Below are positions 24,780 to 36,335 of a DNA stretch of 64,000 nt, one piece after another. Source of the stretch: Psammoneis japonica. Lineage: Eukaryota. Both the position numbers and the translations under genes were made by a program. The notes under the pieces were generated by a model. It was given only the letters and a program-made list of their open reading frames with translations, did no database searches and was not told the DNA's origin. Positions within the stretch are counted from its first letter, which is position 1. Each line of letters opens with the position of its first letter. The stretch covers positions 186,001-250,000 of the forward strand of contig QPGO01000019.1 in NCBI GenBank assembly GCA_008632985.1, read 5' to 3'.

Positions 24780-25389
24780 GTGTGTGTCGCCGTGTTTGAG
24801 AATCAAACAATTGCAGGATTGGCTCTTTGTATCTTGCGCGTACCGACGTCATGCAAAGGGTGAAGCCTTCAAGAGCGACTCGTCATTCAATACTGGAGTC
24901 ATGGTGATTGCCGTAAACCAGTTTGAACAAGAGGTTCAGCACATGTTGAAATTTGCTGTAGAGAAGAAATTTGGAGGGGGGCATTGGAACGATCAACCCC
25001 TTATGAATGCGTGGTTCAACAAGCAGGATCGTGAGGCGCGTCTTTTTTGGCATCGGCAAAGTGGTACGACGAGCCAGCGTCGTGCATACCTTCATACAGA
25101 TTGGAACTTTAAGCCCTGCTGGAAGAGAACTGATACGGAATTCCCCCACATTGTTCACTTTCACGGCATCAAACCTGGACGAGGCCTGTATTTGGATTGC
25201 CTTGCTTCTATGAATAGGAGCTCGAGTGCATGTGAATCCTGCTTCAACAATAAGAGTGCATGCATGTGGAAGGGACTCCTTAATCTTGTTGATTTAGGAT
25301 TTAAAAATGACGGCGGGCTTTTTGCGAACGAATCGCTCAGTGTATACCGTGAACTGGAACACAAAGCATTTGATGAGATGAAGGAATGA
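24780..25389 (+). pseudogene. C-terminal fragment of a GT8-like glycosyltransferase
   Basis: FNTGVMVI, NDQPLMN, WNFKP and IVHFHGIKP motifs; no credible N-terminal half or DxD motif seen. Confidence 0.55.
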
Positions 25390-25990
25390 TATCTCGGGCT
25401 AGAGTTTGATGTGAAAACTAGTAGGATGCTGTAACACATATTACCAATCTCGTATCCTTACACGTTGCTTCACCGTGGTGGCAACTGGCCGCAAAGTTCT
25501 TCCGTCGGGCCCAACTTTGGCTATCTATGTCTCCTGCGCTGGCACCATTGTTACACTCTATCAAGGAGTTACAAGTCAAGGTGAGAGGTAAGGGGATCTC
25601 TTGGACCACGAAACAGAGAGGAAAGTTTTCCGACGCACCGTCCTCTCAACGGAACGGCGTTCACACTGTACTGTATAGCAAGCGCACTCGTCAGCATCGT
25701 CTTCTATGGCATTTCCTACGTTCATAATTACTACTCTGAGTATACCATACACATTGCATGCATGTATTTTGCACCAGTATGGTAGCTACCGGTAGGTAAC
25801 ACGAGGAGTCCGCTTCGCAAAAGACTCATGAAGCACATAATTGCACACGTCAAGATCTTCTAGTAGAGAGTACTACAAACACACATTATACAAGTAGGGC
25901 CCTACGGAAATCTCGAACAACTTTATTTTAAAAGCTAGTACTATAAAACATTTATTCTTCTAAAAAACTCACACTGTACAGCGCCGTACT

Positions 25991-26488
25991 TTACGCAAAA
26001 GCGCCAGTGCTTTGCTCGGCCGCTTCCATGGCTTGTTGCTGCATCACCTTGTGTTCAAATTTGCGAACGGCTCTCTTTTCTCCTGTTCGGCAAATCTTGC
26101 GTGTCAGAGCGGCACCACCCACTCCTCCGAGGATGGCACCGACCGGGCCCAAGGCGAGTCCACCCACGACGGCACCTCCAACCGTCCCCCCGGCGGTACG
26201 ACGACGGCGTTGGCGCTTCATTTGAGCCTTCCTCGGGTGCTTGGGATTGATGATATTGTCTGAAGAAGGACTGTAGGATGTCAGCTCGTTTCTTGGTGAT
26301 ACTGTAATGGCTGTAGGAGCATATTGATTGTAGTAGTAATCATCGTCGGAGTGTGCCGAATGTGTGGATGAAACCTCCGAGTGGTATCCAACCGACGAGG
26401 ATTCTGCTGGAACAGAGTAATTGTTGTAGCCTTGATCATCGCGAGTGGCATAGGCAAGGTCGTAGGGGACGAGAGCATTTGAGGTCAT
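25991..26488 (-). CDS. Hypothetical protein with glycine-zipper segment
   Basis: Intact ORF from MTSNALVPY; GGTVGGAVVGGLALGPVGAILGGVGGA after a basic patch; normal TA/CG content. Confidence 0.7.
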   Translation of the reverse strand: MTSNALVPYDLAYATRDDQGYNNYSVPAESSSVGYHSEVSSTHSAHSDDDYYYNQYAPTAITVSPRNELTSYSPSSDNIINPKHPRKAQMKRQRRRRTAGGTVGGAVVGGLALGPVGAILGGVGGAALTRKICRTGEKRAVRKFEHKVMQQQAMEAAEQSTGAFA

Positions 26489-26936
26489 GGTTGAGAGAGA
26501 GAGGGAGATTGAGTGATGTAAGAAGGAAGTGTCTTGGTCTCTGTTCTTCGTCAACGACGTGAAGTGATGCGAGAAGATTGTGAGCGAGCGAGTTTCAAGT
26601 TCTTTTGCGGTTCTTTGCGAAGACTGCACGGGGACGAAGTCGGAGTCGCGAATCAATTTTCAAACGGTCAAATAAATATGGGTAGTCATACGGTACAGTA
26701 GATGTTGATAACCGCCGTAGATCCTTGACATTTATGTACCAGCGAGCTCCGACCTCGCCAACATATACGTTAAAAGCCGTTATTTCTTAGTCGTGACGGG
26801 AATGCTTTCCCTCACATTTCGCGTGGAATTCTACGTGGAGAGCAACAGATGCTTGAGTCGTGTTGTTGAGTCGTTCTATTCAAAGGAGCAACGGTCGTGT
26901 CCTGCTCGAGTCGTTTGAAGACACGCCGTGTGAGTC

Positions 26937-28100
26937 GTGAGTGTTTGCGAAAAGCCAACCTACGGCACCCGCCCGCCCAGAAGCAAGGATTTACATCCTT
27001 TGCCCCAGAGGAACATCATCATCATCCTGCCTACCGCATCCATCATCGAAACATATTTGGCCTCTTTCTGCTTTGCCTTGGGCACGACTCTTACATCCGA
27101 GGAGATCAAAACAGCGACAGGGACGATGCAGTCATCGTTGTTGATCTTCTCCATGGAAGGATCACAAGCATCAGTCAAGTCATCTTTGGAAGACCTTGAC
27201 GTTTCACGTGTCAACTCAATGGCTGTGAAGAACGCAAAACGTGAATCATTTCGCTGCAGTGGGAATCCGCTGCTCACCAAAAGTGACACACAACAAGTGG
27301 GAAAATCGAATGATCAGGTGGCACGCGAGCTGCACTCCATTGGAGATGAAGCGCAGATCGCATTCTTGGAAACCCCAATGTGGTGGATTGTCGTGCAAAA
27401 GAAAGTGTTGAATCAGCAGCACTTTTTAAGTTTTCGAAATGTTTGTGATGAGTCGATGGGAAGCAGGAAGCAGGGGCGCTGGCAGGCGCATGGCGGAGAA
27501 GTGCTTCGAGTTGTGACAACCGTGCAGGAATTGAAAATTAGACCAAAAGCGTTCCTTCGTCCAAGGACACAAGGAAGTTGCTGGCAATGACGAATCTCTT
27601 TCGAGTGGAGAGCATGTGTGCCCATGCAAAGGCTTGAAGTGCATTGTTTCCTGACCGGGAATGCTCTGCTCATGCCACTGGTGACAGCCGGTCAGGTTTC
27701 TTGGACCACTGCATGCAACATGGGTTTGACGCGTGCTCGCCTCCCACCATGAAAAGTTGCGGCGTTCTGTGCAGTGCATGGCAACACTTGGCTGCTTCCC
27801 ATAAAAGTGGCGCCAAGTGCTCAGAACATGCGTTGTCAATGCAGGACCAACGATTGAACACAAGAATGAATGAGTCAACTGCAGTTCGCGGGGCCTGCTT
27901 TTTGTTCTTCCTTGGACGCAGCCATTGCATCTGATCTGAATTCTCTTTTTTAAGGCCACGAACAGGGCATGCGAACCTGGGACACAGAAAGCAACTGCGA
28001 GCATTTCATGAAATTGGATGATGTTTCTGCACCAGGAGACGAGATGGGCCTTCACATGAAGTGCTGTGAACGGGAAGATGTCAGCAGATTCACTTGTGAT
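26937..28100 (+). pseudogene. Degenerate coding-like sequence, product unknown
   Basis: 217-aa ORF with protein-like N-terminal part, followed by broken frames as TA content collapses after about 27150. Confidence 0.3.
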
Positions 28101-28324
28101 TCTGGGTTGGTGTCTCGTGTCGTTCAATGGGTGTCACAGTCCAAGGACTGAGGACTGCTCGTTAGGATGACCTCGCACCAGAGCGCACAGCACTCTTTAA
28201 TTTCACCTGGTGTCCTCATTGCCTGCTGGCAAAGGAGGCTCAAGACAAGAACTCACGGCCGCACACGAACACTGCGTTACTTTGAATGAAACAAAGGTTG
28301 GGAATTTAGGCTGTTCCGAATCTT

Positions 28325-29450
28325 CTAAGCGGCTTGAGAAAACCAGGATTTCTTTAAAACTTTAAAAACGCTCTCCTTTGATGCAAGAGATCCTGGCATC
28401 ACCGAACGAGCATCCAGCTCTCCATCTGCACAGTTACGCAACGCGGACATTTGACAGTCCTTCAATGGCTCAGAAAGCAAGCTTGCCCACACGCGCTCGG
28501 TGAAATGTCCCTCCTGAATGTTGTCACCTCGCAGCAGACTCTTTGAGATTTTTTCCCAAGTTTCCGGCTTGACTTTTCTCATTTGCTTGGCAGACACAGC
28601 AAAGGTTCCACCACAGCAAACACCAACCAGATCTGTCTTAAACTTCAGCCCAAGTGACGATGCCCAATCGCCTAGATTCTTGTAAGGCGAGACGAACGGA
28701 ACTGCATCCGATGTGACCTTGTCGTGTTTGCCGTTTTGGCTCAAGTGTTCCTTTAGATCAAACTGGACAAGCTTGTCCAGCTCGTGACATGTCGACAGAA
28801 CAAATGAGCGACAAAAAAGAAGTGGCAGCTCTGTCATCTGCATGCCACATGCGAAGTTAGTCATTGAAGCAATCCTTGGCACATCATGCATCGATCTCCA
28901 AGCACCATGTTGATGGACACTGGCGTCGTTTCGATCATCTTTAAGAAACACCACCACCTCCTTTTCCTCATCAGAAGGGGATGTGGTGGCCCGTTCAGAC
29001 AGCCAATGCGCATGGCTTTGATCACATCATCCCTTGTTTGGCAGTCGAAGTGCCGTCGACCCTTCTGGAGCACCAACGACGGGTTGGCCGCACTTGGAAA
29101 GGATGGTGATGTTTTTCATTGGGAAGCCTTGTGTGAAATTGTCCAGCCAGTCCAATGGTTTGAGACAGTGTGACACAACAACAGTGACTTTTTCAAAGTG
29201 ATGAGCATTGCCCCCGACAGCATCCCCTTTCCAGAGGCCTCCACAATCGGTGTCTTGTTCGCATGCCACGCAAACACAGCGGTTCTCGGCTGGTGGCAAA
29301 CAGTTGCCAACAGCAATCTCGTTGACCATGTGGCAGGCCTCAGTGGACGTGCAAGCCAATGAAACCAATGACACAATGAACAAAGGCAATGTCGCGCTCC
29401 TCTCTGTGCTGCAGATCACTCTCACGTTGCACATTTTGGAGAGAGGTGAA
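28325..29450 (-). pseudogene. Mutated copy of a host gene (DUF3431-like / glycosyltransferase-related family)
   Basis: VVVSHCLKPLDWL, ILSKCG, RLPNKG(R)CDQSHAHWL, VVFLKD, VCCGGTFAV, RGDNIQEGHFTERVWASLL; frameshift near 29030; Cys/His at positions where Tyr is expected. Confidence 0.65.
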
Positions 29451-29743
29451 GCTGATTTCTTGTTGCATGATGCAGATGGGAAAGCTTGTTTGCAACCTGC
29501 TCCAGAAAGAGTGGGATGTGTGGGGTGGTTTGAACGGGTGAGTCGAAAGCGGCGAGGGGCATGGCTGGCACGATGGGAAAGATTCATCTTGAGATCGCAC
29601 AACAATGGCCACGGTGCGGGTGAGAAAAAGTGAGGTGGTGAGTCATGCACAAAGGTTTTGCGGTGCCAGCAATGGCTGTCCTGGAATGCCAATTTTAGCA
29701 GCCTTAGACAAATCAACATGTTTGTCCGTTGCGAGCATTGGCG

Positions 29744-30061
29744 CTACGAATTGCTGAACAATTGCGCGATTCACGTGCCCGAAGGTCGAATGTCGTTGCC
29801 CGAAGCAACATTTTCCCTTCGCGCAGATGTCCATTCCACATGGCACATGGCATTGAAAATCTCATTGTAGTCGCATGAGTTGTCTAGGGAATTTCATCAA
29901 ATGACCTCGTGGCACTGTGCTGCGTGATCTACACAAATCGGACATTCTCGAATGCTGGTGCATTTTCTGCGGTTTCTGCGTGCGCGAAGCTCGAATTTCG
30001 TGCCCGAAGCAACAATCATCGTTCGGGCACGTGAATTGCGCAATTGTTCAGCAATTCGCAG
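29744..30061. mobile_element. MITE-like element with 40-bp terminal inverted repeats
   Basis: 29744-29783 matches the reverse complement of 30022-30061 at 38/40; internal repeats of GCCCGAAGCAACA. Confidence 0.8.
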
Positions 30062-30682
30062 TAAAGAAAATGGATGTCACACAGTCAAGGGTGGTCAGTT
30101 GCCACTTTTTTTAGCTCGAATTCGGCCGAATGGCTCGTGTTTTGCGCGATTTTTCCTGAATTTCACCGTGCTTCACCGTGGTGAAAACAACAAGCCACAA
30201 GTCTGTGACGGAGGTGGTCCGTCTGCCAACTCTCATTTATTTTATGTTTGTCATGTGTCAAAGATTGCACATGCATGAAAAGTTGGTAGACGGCAAACTG
30301 CGTTTTTGAGAAATGTCGATGATTGTCATCATCGTCATGCTTCGATCGTGGTGTTGATGGTTCTCGTTTTCGTGCGCGATCGGGTGTGACTGTGAACAAT
30401 TCTTGTGTTCAAAAATGAACACTGTGAAAAACCTTGTTCAAATGCAATGGCAATTTTGGGATGAACACGGGGATGACCCCCCTCAATGCAGTCATGCGAA
30501 TGAGGGGCAGTTGACATGCGCATTTCCGCAGGCAGTGCGTGCGAATTTTGAACTCATTCTGGCGCCGTGTTCCGTTGTGATGGTGGGTTTTTGTTGTCTT
30601 CTAGGCATGGCAGCAGTGTGCTCTGTGGACTGTCGTTTGGCATGCGGTCTGGGCAGGTGGTGGTCGATTGTGTCCGGGTCTT

Positions 30683-31147
30683 TTAGTGTTTGCAGAGGGA
30701 CAGACCTGCGCCATCTTCCCACTGGGGTCGCCTGGAGCTGATCTGAGAGGCGGGAACACGGGATCCCCTGAGGCAACGGTGGGTTGCCCTGACTGTGGTG
30801 ACACTCATCCTCGCGTTGACACAGCCGCATGCTTCAGAATGTGGCTTTTGCCACTTGTCCGAGAGTTTTGACGCCATCTTGCGGAGCATCGCCTTGGCTT
30901 CTTTGCCGAAAAGTCCGTCGCATGATGCAACGAATGGAGTGAAGTGACGGCGTTGTTCCAGACAAGGCTGGAGGTGCTCACGCTTCTTTTCATGTTCGTG
31001 ACTTGCTGGGACTTCTTCTGGTGTTTTGGACAGGCATGACTTCGCGTCCGTGTCGGGAGTGTGAACATCCGTCACCATGTCTGTCCTTCCATCCCAAAAT
31101 CTCATGCCGAGAAGGTCTCCACGATTGCCATCCTTGGACTTGAACAC
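30683..31147 (-). mobile_element. 5'-truncated non-LTR retrotransposon; C-terminal restriction-like endonuclease domain (CRE-like)
   Basis: RGDLL..FW..TD...DV...DTDAKSC, EKKREH..CLEQRRHFTPFV.S.DG..GKEA, KWQKPHSEACGCVNARMS..VRATHRCLRGSR. Confidence 0.8.
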
Positions 31148-34100
31148 AATTTGTTAAAAGTCTATGATGTGCATGACAATCAATCCAGTGCTGTGATGAT
31201 CTTCAAGGGTTTCAGGTTCCTGCTTGGCAGAACTTCACTGAGTTTTTCTTGGTTGAGTTTTGCTCATCTTTTCGACATTTGGAATGCTGTCACCACACAT
31301 TAGATTCCATCAAAAAAAGATGCTGGACAGCAATGAAGAAATTTGGAAAGGATGGAGGGCAGAGCCGGGTGAAAACAAGAAATGATGAGAGACACACACA
31401 GCAGCATCGTGTGTTCGCAGTGTGCACCCAAGCCACCATGTTCACACAACTCTCCATGCAGGCACCTGCACGGCAATCTCAAGCATGCTGCACAGGCCCT
31501 TTGTTGCCAGTGCAAAGGCTCTTGCAGATCAAACATTGACTGTGCACCCCCCAGGGTCACTTCGTGCTCACAGGCAAAGCATGCGCACAGTTGCTGCTCT
31601 CAGCGAGGGTGGAGGGGGGGCCATTGTTTTGCTCAGCCAGAGACAACAAGCAAGTCAAGATTGCATTGGACCCACTGTTGCAAATCAAACCCATGCTGTG
31701 TGGCAGTTGCACCTCACCCAACCCTTGTGAAAGTGTGTGAGAGCCAGACGTGCGTGTGAGAGGAGGGCTTTGTTGACAGCTCCCCCCACCCCTGCACCCA
31801 GCCAAAAGGAGAGAGAAAAGCTGAAGAAACCAATTGGAATTTCATGCATGCATGCAGCAAAAACAGCGTGCTTCAACATTGTGTGATTTTGCTGGAAAGC
31901 CACTGCTGCTGGTTGCTCAAATCATGTCACACTGCAAAGACATGACAAGAAATGCCACAGAGCAAAATTGTGTCATCAGAAAAGGGAAAGTGACTCCTTT
32001 GTGTGACATGCTCCTGTGCTCTCCTGCTGGTGCTCAGAAAGAAACTGCATTCTGTGATCCATGTCACATCTCCTGTTGACACCAGCAAAAGAAACTCAGC
32101 TGCTGTTCACGCTGCCAGGACAGGTGCTTCAATCGATTTTGTGAGTCATGTCATGTCCACACCACAGTTGCTTGTGCTTTTGTCTCTCAAGCTGATGGAG
32201 CCACAGAGAGTCAAGGCATTGGTGAGTGGCGTGCTTGCTTTCTCATTCTTGTTCAACGCATTGTGGAAAAATGTTGCCAGTGTGCCACATTGCCGCTCCA
32301 CGCTGCAGTTGTTGTTGGCAGGCAGGAAAAACCATGACACATCAGTTGGAGACCTCCTGACATTTTTGGCTCTGTCTCACAATGTCCAGTTGAAGTCAAG
32401 CAACACACACCATCAACATGAATGCCATGCACTCTCACAAACATTTGTTTGACTTGTGACACTCGCTCATGCTTTGAACTGTGAAGCTGCAGCCCCACAC
32501 CTCTCATGGTGCTCCTGTTTTCTGTCACCAGTGCTGCCTTGGCAGCAGCAAGAAGTCACTCTGTGGCTGCTTGAGGTCTGCCCAGCTGGGAACACACTCT
32601 TTGTGAAAACAAGGAAAGCAATGGTCAACAGGAGCTTGTCAAACTGGAACTTGAGACTGGTGCTGTTGCCATGCTCACTCAACTGGGCAATCATGAGATC
32701 ATGGCATCACACAGCTGCAGCAAGAGGAGATGATTTCTTGGACATTTTTGCAGCACCCAAGGCCAAGCTCAAACCTGTCAATCTCTGCAAACATCTTGCC
32801 AGAAATGCCAGTGCTGTCTGTGAAGAGCATTGACAAGCTTCACAAGCATGAAGACAAAGTGTGACAGACATGGCCCTGTTGGCTCCTCCCCAGACAAGGG
32901 GGGCTCAAGACAACAGATGATGAGAGCAATGACCGTCATCTTTTGTGCTGCTCTGTCTGGACCCACATGCTGCCAAACATCATTGTCAGGATGGTGTTTG
33001 CTGCTTGATGTGTCATTGGAGCCAACAAGTGGCTCTGCACAAAAACCCCTCTGCTGACTCCAACAGCAGTGTCAGACAGCTGTCAAGAGGGTGCCCGGCA
33101 ACTGAGTGGACCTGCACATGTGCACCTGCTTTCCAGTTTGTCAGACAACAGGAGCTGAGTTGTTCGAATTTTGCTCAGTGCCTGTCATTGCAGCTTTGTG
33201 CTTTTAACCTTTGGTGCTCATTTTGGGTGGCATCACCATGGTGCTGGTGGTGCTTGGATTTTGCAAGGCAGACACAGCTGGTGGGCACACATTTGCATCA
33301 GAGGCTCCCTTTGAGGAGCATGACTTGTTCACACCAAAGATGACACAGCTGTGTCATGTGAGGACATGTGCTCTCCAATGAAAATGACAATTGTTTTTTG
33401 CAAATCACAGTCACATTGGAAGACATGCAGACACGCAGATGTGTGCACAAAACTTGCTTGCAAAAATGCTGCTGTAAAAATGTTGCCTCCTGTGGGGCAG
33501 CATCATCACATGCAAACTTGTGCTGCATTTCATCATTTCATTTGTGGGTGATTTTTGCCACTTGAGGTCTCTTGTTTTTGCTCAACCAGGAGGCTGCAGC
33601 AGGGTTGTCAGCTGGCTCAGCAGAGCAGCCAGAGGCCACAGCTTCCTTGTTGCTGCATTTTTTTCATGCAATCAAGTTGAGTTGTCACAGACTTTTCAAG
33701 AGTGTTTCAATGGATTCGGAGACATGCTGGCAGAAGGGATCAGGGCATTGCTTGCTTTTTTGTTTTGCAGCATGTCTTGAGATGAGCAGTGCATGTGCGC
33801 TTTGTCTTTGGTGGCGATGGTGTGTTTTGTGGCACAGCTCAAGCTTTTGCTTTTAAAATGAGGGGCTCTGTCACCAGACTTGTTGGCCAGGGGGCACCAC
33901 CACAGCTTTGGGGGGGGGCAGATGAAGTGTGGCAGTGCATGTGACAACTGACAGCTGGCACACTCTGCATGAACACAACACCAGCTGGTGGCAGGGTTGA
34001 TGGCATTGGCAGTTGGCAGGGAAAGTCCTCTGAGTGAGTCATGTCTCCTGGTTGCAAAAGAAGCTGCTGGGGGCAGGCAAATGTCAAAACAGTCTTCTCT

Positions 34101-34897
34101 TGCATGTCAAACCAGCTTGGGGCAGGGCAAAAAAGTCCCCCAAAGCAGCTCTGTGAACAGCCAGGTTGTCAACCAACAAAGCACCCAGAGGTGACCCCAG
34201 CTGCTTGCTGATGCATGTGACAAAAGAAGCAAAATCTTTGAAGTGAGGTGGGTGCCAAAGCAGCTTGTGCGCGCATGGCCTTCAAGAACGTTCTGCCTGC
34301 GAGAGAGGGTGCAAATGACAATGTCAGCATTCTTGTTGCTTCACATTTCAATCTGGCCCCATCCACCCCATTTTGAGCTTCTCATGCAAGTGTCCAAGGC
34401 AGGTGCTGTGATGACAGGCTGAAGAACCATGTTCTCCATTTTTCTCACCGCAGGCAACACGCCACTTGCCTCTCCGTGCGCCTTGAGATTGTGCAACATG
34501 CCAAGGATGGGGTGGTGGCTGGGGAAAGGGCCTGGGTGCACATGGCTGGCATGTTTGCAGAGGCTCAAGTTTTCTGGTTTGATTTTGCTGGCGTGGGCAG
34601 GGACATGCGGCGAACATCATTTTATTTGTGCATGTCCCTGGGCATGGGTGGTCTTGTGTGCTGATAAGACTCGTGAGTCGTGAGTTGCTTCCTTCGGAGA
34701 CACCATCATCTGATGGCAGGGCAATAGAGGTGACATGATTCTGACATCAGCGCACGCCACGTCACACACGAATCACGGATACACCACGATTAGCGCGGGC
34801 TTCTCATTGACACCGCCGTCGTCGATGCACCACCTTTCTTCCTTCTTCATGTCTCACAATCTTCGCTAATCGACATATTCTGTTCTCTTTCGTTACC

Positions 34898-35473
34898 ATG
34901 TTGCGAACAACTTCTTTTCGTTTTATCCGTTCCAGTCGATCAATGGTTGCAGCATCGTCCTCGTGCTGTGCACCGCTTGCACCCAATACTACCACTTCAA
35001 AACGCCACGTCCACTTGCCTCCATTGCATCGACGTTTGTTTTTGGATCGTCCCAAGAAATTGTTGCACGACAATTTCTCATCGGAATCCTACACCGGAGG
35101 AGCTTCGGAAGTGGGAGAAGACGACATTTTCTACCATGACGAGGGGCCTGTACGAATGCAGCAAGTCATGTCGGCTGGAGCTCATCATTACTCTTCCTAT
35201 CAACAGCAACACGAACAAGAATACAACACGATGCGGTTTGATGAAGATTATGACGAGTACAATTTGCACATGACCATCCACCAAACCCGTGCAGGTCGAG
35301 TGTCAAGTCATGATGACCTTGAAATGGATATCCAGCACGGCGATGTATTGAGTGTGCGTGAATCACGGCACGTCTGGGATGAAACTCATGAAGGGGCGTA
35401 CGCGGGTGAACGTAGTGAGGATGTCGTGGAGAGTGATGATGAGAGTGTTCCCGAAACTGTGCAAGATATTTAA
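34898..35473 (+). CDS. Hypothetical protein with Arg/Ser-rich (mitochondrial-type) leader and acidic tail
   Basis: Intact 191-aa ORF in a normal-composition island; MLRTTSFRFIRSSRS N-terminus. Confidence 0.6.
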   Translation: MLRTTSFRFIRSSRSMVAASSSCCAPLAPNTTTSKRHVHLPPLHRRLFLDRPKKLLHDNFSSESYTGGASEVGEDDIFYHDEGPVRMQQVMSAGAHHYSSYQQQHEQEYNTMRFDEDYDEYNLHMTIHQTRAGRVSSHDDLEMDIQHGDVLSVRESRHVWDETHEGAYAGERSEDVVESDDESVPETVQDI

Positions 35474-35914
35474 GAATGCCATACAGATGCATGACTTGCA
35501 TTTTCCATTTCATTAAAAGAGATTGTAACAATACAAAATAGATGCTCCATAGGATACTAATGTTGTGTAGTGCGGTACTTGTATGCGAGTTGTCCCCTTT
35601 CATCAACAACTACACATGCCGGTAGTTCTCATGTCATCTGAATTTCCCAGTGTACGAGTCACCGCAGTTTCTTTTCAACGTATTTGACGGCACAATATAG
35701 ACATCTCACTGTCGAATGAATTAGCTTGTTCCGAGGGCTGATCAGTTCGGTTTCCAAGCTGCAGTTCTGCAGTTCCACACCAAAAAAAAACACAGCAACT
35801 CCTGTTTTGCGTCCATCACTCTAGACTGGTTCATTCCCTTCCATCTTGCCCCTTTTTCTTGTCTGTTGGCAAGGTCGTGTTGTTGATGTCACAGAATGTG
35901 CAGAAAGAGAACAA

Positions 35915-36261
35915 TGTGACAATATTCATATTTGTTTGTTTTTACAACAACATCGGACCTCCACGATTCAAGTCAGAGATCCAAGATTCGAACCCCGTGT
36001 GCGATGCTCAGTCTCGAATCCCGCGGAAGCCGAGTCACGAATGCGATGTTTGTTCCTAGCTTCGCGCTTGTTTAACTTCGCGTTTCCTTTAGATGGCAGC
36101 TGCATCTGCTCATAAAAACTGCTCATAATCTTTCTAACGTACTGATTATCACCTCTCAACTTTTGGTACAATAAAGTTACTGATTGATTGTTGTATCGCA
36201 ATTACAGCTTTTAATCACTGAAAGTGCAGACGAATCCCAGAATTCCGGCTACTTTCCCACA
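35915..36261 (+). repeat. 5' LTR
   Basis: TGTGACAATATTC...TTTCCCACA; 346/347 identical to the 3' copy by manual alignment. Confidence 0.97.
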
Positions 36262-36280
36262 CGCTTCCTCTGCGCAATCT
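36262..36280 (+). other. Putative non-canonical primer-binding site
   Basis: CGCTTCCTCTGCGC directly after the LTR; reverse complement GCGCAGAGGAAGCG resembles the eukaryotic tRNAi-Met D-arm; no TGG. Confidence 0.6.
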
Positions 36281-36335
36281 ACAAGTTAAGTCAATCGATC
36301 TTAAGCTCTCGATTCTACTTTACTTTGCTGTTACT

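Larger units (their letters stand above)
27150..34660. other. TpA-depleted domain; CpG largely retained in the left half and lost in the right half
   Basis: Contains a pseudogene, a MITE, a LINE end and unidentifiable DNA; the few TAs are mostly in TTA/TAA. Confidence 0.9.

Noticed and set aside
36255..36280. tRNA gene
   Set aside because: Only about 25 nt of tRNA-like complement; no acceptor stem or T-arm. Better explained as a PBS.
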